From an uncultured Acidobacteriota bacterium (GTDB lineage: Bacteria > Acidobacteriota > Vicinamibacteria > Vicinamibacterales > UBA2999): a DNA stretch of 64,000 nt. Of the stretch, positions 19,465 through 29,142 are shown piece by piece. Numbering within the stretch: the stretch's first letter is position 1; each line of letters starts with the position of its first letter. The position numbers were made by a program, and so were the translations under genes. The notes below the pieces were generated by a model that was not told the DNA's origin, did not search any database, and saw only the letters and a list, made by a program, of their open reading frames with translations. The stretch spans positions 66,215 to 130,214 of the forward strand of contig CAVRUW010000018.1 of NCBI GenBank assembly GCA_963724485.1, given 5' to 3'.

Positions 19465-19514
19465 GGCAGTCGACGAGAGCGCGACCCTCCGGACAACCGA
19501 GTCGATTCGTTCTC

Positions 19515-20900
19515 ATGTCTGTTCTGGAGCAACTTCAGTTCGGCCGGACGCTCAGCCACGTACAGCGGGTTTCTCTGTGGCCGGCTTCGCGAATCCAACG
19601 ACTCCAGGAGCAGCGCTTTCGACATCTGCTCGCTCATACTGTTGCGCGGTCGCCGTTCTATCGGGCGAGGTACGGCAAGATCGATGTCGCTCGAATCCCA
19701 CTCAATCAGCTCCCCCCGGTAAGCAAGGAGGAGTTACGGGAACACTTGGACGCGGTCTTCACTGATCGACGTCTCCGCAGGGACGATCTCGAGCGCTACA
19801 TCGCGGATGAGCAGAACCTTGGGCGCTTGTATCTCGGCGAGTTCGTCGTAGGTTACACCTCCGGCACTCAGGGGACACCGCTTCTCCTCGTGCACCATCG
19901 AAGTTGCCTCCAGCTGATTACCGCGCTGATGGCCACGCGTTCTTCACCGAATGGTGCTCATTCGCTGCTCGACGCCACTCGTCTGATGATCAATCCCAAG
20001 CGGGTCGCCACGATTGCGTTTAGGCGCGGGTTTTATCCTTCCGGGATAGTCCTGGAGTTCATGCCACGGATGCTCGCTCCGTTCGCACGTGTCTCGCACT
20101 TGTCGTCCATGGATCCTGAGCTGGTCGAGCGCCTCAACGAGCTACAACCGCACATCATCACCGGGTATGCCAGCGTACTCGGGGCGCTTGCTCTGCAGGC
20201 CCACGGTTTGCGTCTCTCGAACCTGGAGTTCATCAGGAATTCGAGTGAGCAGCTGTCGTCAGCTGCTAAGACGCGTATCGAAAGCGCATTCGGCGTGAAG
20301 GTGTTCGACCACTACGGAACCGGGGAATGTTTGCACCTGGCCGACACCTGTCGAGACTGCGGCAATTTGCACGTCAATGCCGACTGGGCGATTCTCGAAG
20401 CCGTCGACGACGATTGTCGTCCAGTTCCGGCAGGTACGGTGGGCGCAAAAGTTCTCGTGACGAATCTTGCCAACCGGATTCAACCGTTCATCCGGTACGA
20501 AGTTGGCGATCGCGTCGCGCTCTCCGCGGAGGGGTGTCGCGCGAGCCACCTCCCGCGGATCGAATGCATGGAGGGGCGCTCGGCGGAGGTCTTCTGGGTT
20601 CGCGATGGAGGTCGGGATCGCTTCGTGTCGTGGACCCTGTTCCAAGACGCAGTGGAGGCGGCTGGTGTTCTTCTCGAATGGCGTGCGATTCAGCTGCAGC
20701 GCAATAGCGTAGAGCTGCAGGTACGATTTCTGCCCGGGACGCGTGGGCACGAAGAACGGATCGCCGCAGAACTCAGCGCGAGGCTGTTCGAGTATGGGCT
20801 TCCCACAAGCGTGGCGCTCTCCGTCACGATCGTCGATGAGGTCGCTCCCGACCCGCGAACAGGCAAGATTCGGCGCATGATCAGCCCCGACGCGACGTAA
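19515..20900 (+). CDS. Adenylate-forming enzyme, phenylacetate-CoA ligase / coenzyme F390 synthetase-like (PaaK/CapK family)
   Basis: 461 aa. GYTSGTQGTPLL (AMP-binding P-loop-like), YGTGEC, and an overall length and layout typical of the PaaK-like family. Confidence 0.7.
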   Translation: MSVLEQLQFGRTLSHVQRVSLWPASRIQRLQEQRFRHLLAHTVARSPFYRARYGKIDVARIPLNQLPPVSKEELREHLDAVFTDRRLRRDDLERYIADEQNLGRLYLGEFVVGYTSGTQGTPLLLVHHRSCLQLITALMATRSSPNGAHSLLDATRLMINPKRVATIAFRRGFYPSGIVLEFMPRMLAPFARVSHLSSMDPELVERLNELQPHIITGYASVLGALALQAHGLRLSNLEFIRNSSEQLSSAAKTRIESAFGVKVFDHYGTGECLHLADTCRDCGNLHVNADWAILEAVDDDCRPVPAGTVGAKVLVTNLANRIQPFIRYEVGDRVALSAEGCRASHLPRIECMEGRSAEVFWVRDGGRDRFVSWTLFQDAVEAAGVLLEWRAIQLQRNSVELQVRFLPGTRGHEERIAAELSARLFEYGLPTSVALSVTIVDEVAPDPRTGKIRRMISPDAT

Positions 20901-20941
20901 AGGGCGAGACGCTCGAGCGGAACAGCCAAGGGCTCGCCCTT
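20900..20941. terminator. Hairpin between convergent genes (AAGGGCGAG...CTCGCCCTT; inner CAAGGGC/GCCCTTG)
   Basis: 9-bp inverted repeat at 20900-20908 and 20933-20941. No clear U-run. Confidence 0.3.
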
Positions 20942-20972
20942 GCTGTGAGCACGCTATCTGTCCAGCACCAAA

Positions 20973-22247
20973 TCAGAAGCTGTACCGAGCCGACAGCGAC
21001 AGGTGCGAGTTGCGGCGGTATTGGCCGATAAAGTCATCCGGCTCACCCCGAATCAATCCAACGCCTGCTGTCGCGCGCCAGTGCGGCCCGTACGCGAACG
21101 AGTACTCAGCCTTGAGGTACAGGCCATCGAGGTCCTGACGGACGACGCCTTCGACAGCGACACTGCTGCTGGGGTCGATGTTGTAGGAAGCACGCCCGAG
21201 GAACGCTCGCGACAATCCACGATCTGGGTTGAAGTCGAATTCCGCCCGACGCACCGTCACGACTTCGCCAGCGTAGCCACCGACGACGGTCCATTCGGCG
21301 AACTGGCGCTCGGCCTGGACGACGAACAGCACGTACTCGTCCGTGTTCGGCGAGTCGGACGTGAAATACGCCACCTCGCCCTTGAACGTGGCCCACTGTG
21401 TCGGTAGCGCGGCCTCAGCGCCCACGGATCGCATCGCGGGATAGGTTCTGGTGAGCACGACCTCCGGCACTGGAATGCCCGGAGTCTCACCGGGCGTCTC
21501 AGGCTCTCCGAGACGCGGTTGGAGGTTCGGCAGGTGATTGAAGCCCTCGAAGTACGAGAGAGCAAACTCGACCGCACCGGCATGGTTCAAGCGGATGCCA
21601 CCCTGCCCTCTCTGTGGAAAGACCGCGCCGCCATCGATGATCCGAACGTTCTCAAACTCGGCCGGCACGACGAACCATCGCTGATCGAGCAGCGGCATGC
21701 GGCTGGGCGTGAAGCGGGGGACCCACACGCCTTCGATGGTGTTGCGATCGTCCAATTGAGCGACCACGCGCACGCCCGTGACGGCGATCAACTCCGGGTC
21801 GATCACGTTAAGAAAGTCGTGCGGCGCGAATCGGTCGGTGGGGCTGATGATGTCAGTCTTGCCCCATCGGAAGAACTGCCTTCCGACATCGACGGTGAGC
21901 GGGCGGTAGGTCAGCGTCGCGGCCAATCGCCGGAGCGCAACTGCCGGCCTCTTGATCGTTCGATCGGAGTCATAGAGCCGAAAGCTGTCGTCGACCTGGT
22001 CGTGCGAGTTGACGCGGAAGTCGAAGCCCGCGGCGAACTGCAGCCATTCCGTGGCCTTCACGAACACGTCCTCCCGAACTAGCAGGTCGCCGACGAAATT
22101 GGTCGGATCCTTAGGAACACTCTCGAAATACCGCACGCCGCGATACTCGATGAAGCCGTCGTGGGTAATGGACTGTGTCCACGCGGTGCCGGGAAGGAGA
22201 CAGACCGCGGCGAGCACAATCCCGATTGCCACCGAAGGTTGCGCCAC
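20973..22247 (-). CDS. Outer-membrane beta-barrel protein (porin-like, DUF1302-like)
   Basis: Signal peptide MAQPSVAIGIVLAAVCLLPGTAWTQ, alternating beta-strand pattern and a C-terminal ...LSARYSF aromatic terminus. Last gene of the ABC/LolA-like operon. Confidence 0.65.
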   Translation of the reverse strand: MAQPSVAIGIVLAAVCLLPGTAWTQSITHDGFIEYRGVRYFESVPKDPTNFVGDLLVREDVFVKATEWLQFAAGFDFRVNSHDQVDDSFRLYDSDRTIKRPAVALRRLAATLTYRPLTVDVGRQFFRWGKTDIISPTDRFAPHDFLNVIDPELIAVTGVRVVAQLDDRNTIEGVWVPRFTPSRMPLLDQRWFVVPAEFENVRIIDGGAVFPQRGQGGIRLNHAGAVEFALSYFEGFNHLPNLQPRLGEPETPGETPGIPVPEVVLTRTYPAMRSVGAEAALPTQWATFKGEVAYFTSDSPNTDEYVLFVVQAERQFAEWTVVGGYAGEVVTVRRAEFDFNPDRGLSRAFLGRASYNIDPSSSVAVEGVVRQDLDGLYLKAEYSFAYGPHWRATAGVGLIRGEPDDFIGQYRRNSHLSLSARYSF

Positions 22248-22254
22248 GTCGGAC

Positions 22255-23082
22255 CTACTGTCGCCGGAGCGCCGACAACGTGAACTCTCCGTCGTTGAGC
22301 GGCACGTTGTATTCCAGTTTGTCGAGCGTCAGACGCGTCCGGCTCCCGCGTCGCAGGTCGGTCATCTCAAGCTGCCGGGCGGTCCAGATGCCCTGGATGT
22401 TCTGAATGTCTGAATACGAAAGCCGCCGAGCGATCTCGATCTCGTATGTGGTTCTCCATCCGGGCGAACACGTAATCAACCTTGCGCACCCACACGATGG
22501 ACTTTGTGTACTGGGAGGACTTGCCTGGTTTCGGGATTGCTTCGATGCGCCAGCAAGGGACGCCATCGACCGCTTCCTCGCCGAGCATGCGGTAATCGTA
22601 CTGATTGACATCTCGCTCCTCGAGATCCTCGAAGCTGAAGTCGGTGCCGAAAAAGCGCGTCGAGCGGTCCTGGAGCGCTATGCGGCGATCCCGCTCGAGG
22701 GCGGGAGTCCACATCCATTGGTCGGACGCACGATCCGGATTGTTGATCACGAGAAGCGCGACACCCTTCACCTCGGGGGGCGTCGTGAAACGTAGCATTG
22801 ACTTGCTTTGCCCGTGCGCTCCGAGGCGCTCGAAAGTCCACCGTTTGTCGCTGACCTTGCCCCCGGCATCGAAGACTTGGATGAGTCCCTCGTAGCGCTG
22901 AGATTTGGTTGTGCTGCGGCGCTGCGCCTCGGCAATGATCTCTCTGCATCGTCCGACGCGGCGTCGACGCGACCGCTCCCGAGCGGTCCATGCATCGCCA
23001 CGGTAGATGCTATCAACAGCGATACCATGTGCAGCCTGCGTACCAACAGCGGCGTGTTCGCTCGATGCCGATGCATCCTCAT
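22255..23082 (-). CDS. Outer-membrane lipoprotein-sorting (LolA-like) protein; frame broken near 22445-22455 and 22938-22950
   Basis: A signal-like region MVSLLIASTVAMHG..DAASDDAE (ORF 22768..23082) is followed by EIIAEAQRRS...WMWTPALERDRRI...FFGTDFSFEDL...CWRIEAIPK (ORF 22367..23098). The third piece, YEIEIARRLSYSDIQNIQGIWTARQLEMTDL...LNDGEFTLSAL (ORF 22255..22611), is in a further frame. Confidence 0.65.
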
Positions 23083-23141
23083 ACCCGATCCCTCCCACGA
23101 GCCATGCCGAGAATCGCGACCCTAGCTCGATGACTGCGCGC

Positions 23142-25694
23142 CTATTCGTACTCGAGCGCCTCGACGAGAGACCCGCGCACGGCCGACTCCGCAGGCCAGA
23201 CGGCGGCTACCCCGGCGGCCGCCAACATCGCCGGCACGAGCATCCCCATCACCTCGACCGGGAACTGGTAAGCGAGACGCATCCCGGCCAAGTCGAGACG
23301 AACGATTTCCAGCGTGTAATACAGGTTCACGGCACCGAGCCCGCACCCCAGCACGAGGCCAATCGCCGCGATGGCGAGCGCCTCCATCCAGATCGTTCGC
23401 CTGATCTGCCAATGACGTCCGCCCACCGCACGAAGCACGCCAAGCTCTCGCCGGCGATCCGTGATCGAGACGGTCAGCGTGTTCACGATTCCCAGGATCG
23501 CCACGAGTACGGCAACCGCGATCTGTACTGACGACAGACTGAGCCACTGATTGGTGAGCCTGAGGATGTAGTCCTTCAACTCGCGATTGGTGAGCACAAA
23601 GACCTGCTGTTCCCCGGCAAAGCGGCTCAGGATCCGGTCCTTCACGTGGAGCGGATTTACGGTGGCCGCAACATAGACACGGAAGGCATTCGCTGAATCG
23701 TCGTGCCAATACTGGGCGAACAGCGCGCGGTCCATGATGATCGAGCCCTGCTGCTCCGAGAAGTCAACAACGATTCCGACGATCGGCAGCCGGATGACTC
23801 CGAATGGCGCCGCGAGCTCGATCTGTTCGCCGAGGCTCAAGCGCTGAAGCTGCGCGAGATTCTCCGAAACCATCAAGCCCTTCCCTTCAGCAGTGAGCCG
23901 ATGCATCGCTACCGGATCACCTGCCACGGCCTGGCGGCGTGTCGTCTGCGCGACGCTGGCGACATCAATCGCGACGATCATGACCGGTGTGTCCCTGAAA
24001 GCGATACGGGTGTCGCGTACCAGCTGCACACGTTCGACGCCGGCAATCGCTGCCAACGTTGGGGCAATAGTCGCCGGCAGGCGCGTCGTCCGATCGGTTA
24101 CACTTTCCGACGGAAGAACGATGAGATCAGGATTGAGCGTTGCATCCATCCACCCGATGATGGAGTCGTAGCTCGCTCGAGCAGTGCCAGCGAAGCCCAC
24201 CGCGGCCGCCAGCGACAACATCAGCGCCGCGACGCTTGCCGACGTGCGTCGCGGTGCCTGGATCAAGCTGTCTGCCGCAAGTGCACCCTCGACCGGCCGC
24301 ACCACTTTGAGAATCGGCCGGAGCGCCTTGGCCAGGAAGAGCGAGAGGAGCGGCGTTAACAGGAGCGCGACGAGAATGGCGAGGAAGTAGCCAACGTAGA
24401 ATACGGTTCTCGATCCGACATTCGTCAGGCACACGACTGAGATCACTGCCGCAGCGACCGCTAGAATCGCACGCCAACGATTCTCACCGGCCGATAGCAC
24501 CTGATACTTGCCTTTCTGCAGCGCTTGAACCGGATCCACTCTTGCAGCGTTCCACGCAGGGACAAGGGCCGCCACCATGCTCGTCCCCACGCCAATCCCG
24601 AGTGCCCCGGCAAGAAGCACTTTGCTGGCTGCCAACTCGCCAACGTGCTGAGCCACACCATAGACGTCGGCGATCAGCATGCCGACCGAGGCGGCAATGG
24701 CTCTCGCGATCAGGATTCCTAGTGCAACACCCGCGACCGAGCCGATCAGCCCGGTGACAGCACTCTCACCGAGAAACAACCAACGGATCTGGCCGCGGGT
24801 CGCGCCAAGCGCCCGCAGAATACCGATCTCATTGCGGCGTTCGGTCACCGCGATCGAGAACGAGTTGTAGATGATAAACATGCCGATGAAGAGAGCGAAC
24901 AGACTAGAAATCGTCATCATCAGCGCGTAGGAAGAGAGCAGCGCCTCGAATTGCTGCCCGCGAGCCGACGGTGGCGCAACCTGAAAACCAGGTCCGAGCA
25001 GCGACTGGAGCTCACGCTGGCTCTCGGGGATTGTTCGTTGCGCCTTGACCGCGAGATCAATGCGATCGAACTTCCGACCGCGGCCGAACATCTTCTGGGC
25101 CGCGTAGATGTCCATGATGGCGAGGTTGCCACCAAACGCACTCGTCAATCCGGACGGCTTCATGATGCCGCGAATGACGAACGCTTTCTCGCCGACCGCT
25201 GTGCTGAGCACGAGTTCGCCGCCAACGTCGAGGCCATTCCTCTCAGCGAACGGTTGTGTGACGATGAGCGAATCGGGCTGCGCGAGAAAGACGAGTGGAT
25301 CGTCGACTATGGCCTCTTCACCACTCTCGAGATCGTAGTCACGCAGGCTGCGGTCTCCTGTCATGTCTACGCCGAGCACGAGAATGCTGCCTTGCTCTTT
25401 GTCTTTCAGGTTCACAACGGATTCGATGACGGGAACGGCAACCTGCACGGAGGGGACGCTCTGCACGCGATCGAGAACGTCCTCATCGAAGCCGCTTTCG
25501 CCGGCCGTGACCTGCAGCTGGGTCTTGCCCGCAATGCGATCGACCGTCTCAGAAAAACCGCGCAACACGCTCTGGTTTGCCACGTGCATCCCCACGAAGA
25601 CGGAGACGCCGAGCACGATGCCTGCCGTCGTGAGTAGGGATCGCAGCACGTGCCTGCGGAAATATGGCCAGCTAATAAGTTTGAGCAGAATCAT
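23142..25694 (-). CDS. ABC transporter permease, duplicated FtsX/MacB-type (YbbP-like)
   Basis: 850 aa with two FtsX modules, each with a large extracytoplasmic domain (EIGILRALGATRGQIRWLFLGE and ELGVLRAVGGRHWQIRRTIWME). 4-nt overlap with the upstream ATPase gene. Confidence 0.85.
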   Translation of the reverse strand: MILLKLISWPYFRRHVLRSLLTTAGIVLGVSVFVGMHVANQSVLRGFSETVDRIAGKTQLQVTAGESGFDEDVLDRVQSVPSVQVAVPVIESVVNLKDKEQGSILVLGVDMTGDRSLRDYDLESGEEAIVDDPLVFLAQPDSLIVTQPFAERNGLDVGGELVLSTAVGEKAFVIRGIMKPSGLTSAFGGNLAIMDIYAAQKMFGRGRKFDRIDLAVKAQRTIPESQRELQSLLGPGFQVAPPSARGQQFEALLSSYALMMTISSLFALFIGMFIIYNSFSIAVTERRNEIGILRALGATRGQIRWLFLGESAVTGLIGSVAGVALGILIARAIAASVGMLIADVYGVAQHVGELAASKVLLAGALGIGVGTSMVAALVPAWNAARVDPVQALQKGKYQVLSAGENRWRAILAVAAAVISVVCLTNVGSRTVFYVGYFLAILVALLLTPLLSLFLAKALRPILKVVRPVEGALAADSLIQAPRRTSASVAALMLSLAAAVGFAGTARASYDSIIGWMDATLNPDLIVLPSESVTDRTTRLPATIAPTLAAIAGVERVQLVRDTRIAFRDTPVMIVAIDVASVAQTTRRQAVAGDPVAMHRLTAEGKGLMVSENLAQLQRLSLGEQIELAAPFGVIRLPIVGIVVDFSEQQGSIIMDRALFAQYWHDDSANAFRVYVAATVNPLHVKDRILSRFAGEQQVFVLTNRELKDYILRLTNQWLSLSSVQIAVAVLVAILGIVNTLTVSITDRRRELGVLRAVGGRHWQIRRTIWMEALAIAAIGLVLGCGLGAVNLYYTLEIVRLDLAGMRLAYQFPVEVMGMLVPAMLAAAGVAAVWPAESAVRGSLVEALEYE

Positions 25695-26536
25695 AAAGGG
25701 CGCAACCGAGGCGTCGATCCGCCACGCTGACTCCGCACAAATGCGCTCCGGCTGACGTCATCGACGATGCGCCCGTCGCGGAGGGTGATGGTTCGCTCGC
25801 AGCTCTCGGCAACCTTCGAGTCGTGGGTCACAATCACGACAGTCGAACCGAGTTCGGCGTGCAGAGTCCCCATCAGCGTGAGAATCTCTTCGCCGGTGTG
25901 GGAGTCGAGATTGCCCGTAGGCTCGTCCGCCAACAGCACCGGCGGAAACACTGATAGTGCCCGCGCGATGGCCACGCGCTGACGCTCACCCCCGGACAAC
26001 TCCTCGGGCACGTGCTGCAGGCGATGCCCGAGCCCAACGAGGGTCAGCAGCTTGCTTGCGCGTTCGTGAACCTTGCGCCGCGGCCATCCGCGCAAATGCA
26101 GCGGAAGACCGACGTTCTCCAAGGCGGTCAACGTCGGCAGCAAATTGAAGAACTGAAAAATGAATCCAACCTTGTCTCGTCGCACGCGCGCGAGCTCGTC
26201 GTCTGAGAGCCCAGACAGCGCTTCGCCATCAACGACCACGACGCCACTGGTCGGACGGTCAAGGGCACCGACAAGATTCAGCAACGTCGACTTTCCGGAG
26301 CCCGACGGCCCGACGATGGACACCATCTGGCCGCGCGGAATCGCGACTGTGACAGCGTCGAGCGCAACGACGCGGCGCTTGTCGTCGAACTGCTTGGTGA
26401 CTGCATCAAGCCGAATCGCGAATTCCGACCGAGCCGCCACCTCGCGTTGATCATGCTCAATGCCTTCGGCGCGTCGCGAAAGTGGCTCCATGCTGCTCAA
26501 TGACTGAGCCTCAGCATGCCGCGCGTCATGCGGCAT
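25691..26536 (-). CDS. ABC transporter ATP-binding protein (MacB/LolD/YbbA-like)
   Basis: Walker A GPSGSGKST, Q-loop, signature LSGGERQR, Walker B LLADEPT. The start may instead be at 26491. Confidence 0.9.
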   Translation of the reverse strand: MPHDARHAEAQSLSSMEPLSRRAEGIEHDQREVAARSEFAIRLDAVTKQFDDKRRVVALDAVTVAIPRGQMVSIVGPSGSGKSTLLNLVGALDRPTSGVVVVDGEALSGLSDDELARVRRDKVGFIFQFFNLLPTLTALENVGLPLHLRGWPRRKVHERASKLLTLVGLGHRLQHVPEELSGGERQRVAIARALSVFPPVLLADEPTGNLDSHTGEEILTLMGTLHAELGSTVVIVTHDSKVAESCERTITLRDGRIVDDVSRSAFVRSQRGGSTPRLRPL

Positions 26537-26748
26537 ACGTGATTGGTCGACTGAAATACGGCGTAGGGATTGCGATAGATATGGACGAAGCGCGAATCGG
26601 GAAACGTGAGCTCTTCCGAGGGGATTCCCGCAAGTGTCAGATGGCGAATCTTCGCTTCGCGTGCGTTGTATGTCGTGTTGGTTGAAATTGGCTGCCCAAG
26701 GATCGCCGAGTTGGGGGTTGGCGATTGGGAGTTGACCGTTTGCAGCAT
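26497..26748 (-). pseudogene. Sulfotransferase gene fragment (central part only)
   Basis: The 83-aa ORF contains FPDSRFVHIYRNPYAVFQST, the 3'-phosphate-binding region typical of PAPS sulfotransferases. The N-terminal PSB loop and the C-terminal third are absent. It is squeezed between the carbamoyltransferase stop and the ABC ATPase start. Confidence 0.4.
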
Positions 26749-26752
26749 CCTT

Positions 26753-28948
26753 TTAGATCCTACTCGTTGCGTAGGCGCCTACTCGCGCAGTGTCGACCTG
26801 CCAATCGCGATACCACGCCAGAAGGGATTGTCCACCGTCCTTAGGGGGGCTCACGATGTTGTGCCAGGCGATGAACGCGTCGCCCTGGGCACCAATCATC
26901 ACGAGACCACTCAGGCCCCGGGAGCGCTTCAGTACTTGCAACGCCTGCGCAGGGGTTTGCACAATCGGGCTTGCCACATTGAGCGAGGTGTTCACCGACA
27001 CTTCTACACCCAGCCGCCGTCCCATTGCCCTGAGGTACGCGTGGGTGAATGCATCGATTTCCGCTCGTCCGATCTGGACCCTCGACGTCCCGTCGTGATG
27101 CACAACGGCGGGGATGAGCGCGGCGCTCTCGGCGCGTACCGGTGCGGTCAGGACCATGTAGTCATACGCGTTGTGGTTGTCGTCCGACGCGCCAGGCGAT
27201 AGCGCGAAATGGCGCTGCGCCGCTTCATACGTCGCCATCGGGGCGAGCGGGCGTATCCGCTCGCGGAACTTGACCAGCCGATTGATGTTGGCCAGCGTAT
27301 TCGGGTTGCATGGGTTGGCCACGATGCTGCGGTGGCCGAGCGCGCGCGGGCCGGTTTCTGCCGTACCGTGGAAGAGTCCCAGGATGCCGTCATGCGCCAC
27401 GACGTAGGCAAGCCAATCGGCGATCTGTTCTCTTTCCTCCACGCGCCCCACGTTGCCCAAACACATGCTGGAGATTTCCTCCGTGCTCTCGAGGGCTTGA
27501 CGAATGCTCGCGGTGGAGGCGGGCATACCGCAGTAGAAGGCGTGGCGAAGAGGCTCGCCTGGCGGTACACCGTTTGACAGCGCGAAATTGTACGCGGCAC
27601 CCATCGCCACGCCAGCATCACCGGGCGTCGGCGGAACCCACAAATGCAGACGGGCTTTCATACCCAGGTAGCGTTGATAATACGCCGTGTCGAAGTGCTC
27701 GAGCAGGCGCATGTTCGCGACGCCGTTGAGCGCAGTACCGCCGGTCATGACCAGCTTGTCGCTTCTCGTCGTGCGAATCAAATAGTCCACAACGTGGAAG
27801 ACGAGGTCCTCGAACAGCAATTGTGTCGCCGCGGCTTTGTCCAGACGCTCCTGTGTATGGGGCGAGTGCTTTATGTCTTCAACCTGCAAGACGGCATCCG
27901 GATTCCACATATCCTCCGGCGGGATGGGTTCGCCGAGGACTTCTGTGAGCGCCACGTTGTACGGTCGGCGCTCACCCGCGTTGTGCCAGTTCATCATGGC
28001 CCGATTGGCGTAAACCTGGCCGGCGCTGCCGAAATAGAACAGCTGACGCAACTGCCGATAATAAGGATTGGTAAGTCGGTTGTTGTTCCCCCAGGCAGAG
28101 GCGCCCATATATCGTCCTTCGCTACTCAGCGACGTCCACCCTCCCTGCGTCGAGCTGATGATGCCATACAGCGCACCCAACGAGTCCACCGCGCTCTCGT
28201 TCTTCCGAATGCATCTCAGCTTGTTATCCTGTGTCACGTACAGCGATATCGAGCCGTTATCGCCGTAGCCATCGAGCACAGTCACCATGACCGGGTCCTT
28301 ACAGCGATTGAATGGAGAGACACCATAGGAAAAATAGGCGTGATTGTCGTGGTGACACATGGCAATGATGGGCGCCGGCCCATCCAGATCGAGTTGTCGT
28401 CCGAAACGCTGCGGCGCCTTCGCCGCCTGCATCACGTGATGGCCATTGAATTTGGGTGACGAATCCCGGTGGAGCAGCGGCAAACTGAAGGGGAGATGTT
28501 CCGCAAACCCGCGCAGGCCAAACGGAATGAAGTCAATGTAATTCCAGCTCGCAAGGTATGCGTGAATATCACCGGGTCGGAGACCCATGTCACTCAGGCG
28601 CCTTCGTAAAGACTCGACGCTCTGTTCGGGGTAGCCGCTGTAATGTTTGATGCCGGTGTAGCGCTCTTCTTCGTCATTGCAAATGAGACGAATTCCGTGC
28701 TTCAGCGATGCCTCGACAAGGGCCACACCTGAATTGTGACCGGCGGGTCCAATACCCAGCAGGTAAACGCGCTCGTTTCGCTGCAGCTTTTCCTGCATTG
28801 AGGTAATGCGCTCGCGCGCGTACCGGCTGTTCGAGCGGTAGAAGTTCCGGTTGGCGAAGAACCGCGTCGCGAGCGGTTGAGCCGCTTTGAAGAGCCACTT
28901 TCCAAGGTAAGGATGAGCAGGTCCGAATTCGCCGAACACGCGCGACAT
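26753..28948 (-). CDS. Carbamoyltransferase (NodU/CmcH/TobZ family), long form
   Basis: YLLGIGPAGHNSGVALVE...EEERYTGIKHYSGYP (ASKHA/Kae1-like N-domain), followed by a YrdC-like C-domain. GGAGG lies 7 nt upstream of the ATG at 28948. Confidence 0.85.
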   Translation of the reverse strand: MSRVFGEFGPAHPYLGKWLFKAAQPLATRFFANRNFYRSNSRYARERITSMQEKLQRNERVYLLGIGPAGHNSGVALVEASLKHGIRLICNDEEERYTGIKHYSGYPEQSVESLRRRLSDMGLRPGDIHAYLASWNYIDFIPFGLRGFAEHLPFSLPLLHRDSSPKFNGHHVMQAAKAPQRFGRQLDLDGPAPIIAMCHHDNHAYFSYGVSPFNRCKDPVMVTVLDGYGDNGSISLYVTQDNKLRCIRKNESAVDSLGALYGIISSTQGGWTSLSSEGRYMGASAWGNNNRLTNPYYRQLRQLFYFGSAGQVYANRAMMNWHNAGERRPYNVALTEVLGEPIPPEDMWNPDAVLQVEDIKHSPHTQERLDKAAATQLLFEDLVFHVVDYLIRTTRSDKLVMTGGTALNGVANMRLLEHFDTAYYQRYLGMKARLHLWVPPTPGDAGVAMGAAYNFALSNGVPPGEPLRHAFYCGMPASTASIRQALESTEEISSMCLGNVGRVEEREQIADWLAYVVAHDGILGLFHGTAETGPRALGHRSIVANPCNPNTLANINRLVKFRERIRPLAPMATYEAAQRHFALSPGASDDNHNAYDYMVLTAPVRAESAALIPAVVHHDGTSRVQIGRAEIDAFTHAYLRAMGRRLGVEVSVNTSLNVASPIVQTPAQALQVLKRSRGLSGLVMIGAQGDAFIAWHNIVSPPKDGGQSLLAWYRDWQVDTARVGAYATSRI

Positions 28949-29142
28949 AGATCTGCCTCCGCAACAAATCATTCCGTTGCTGGTGTTAGTAAACCCGCGC
29001 ACCTCTAGTGCTCAGCAAGGGGCGTAGGGGGCTTCGACGAGCTCGTGGCTGCGCTGGAGCCCGACGCTGTCTATTGCTGAGCCAGGTCTTACTTACTTCC
29101 TTCTGTTCTAAGGTTGCACAGTTTGTTCACGATAAAGTGTTT

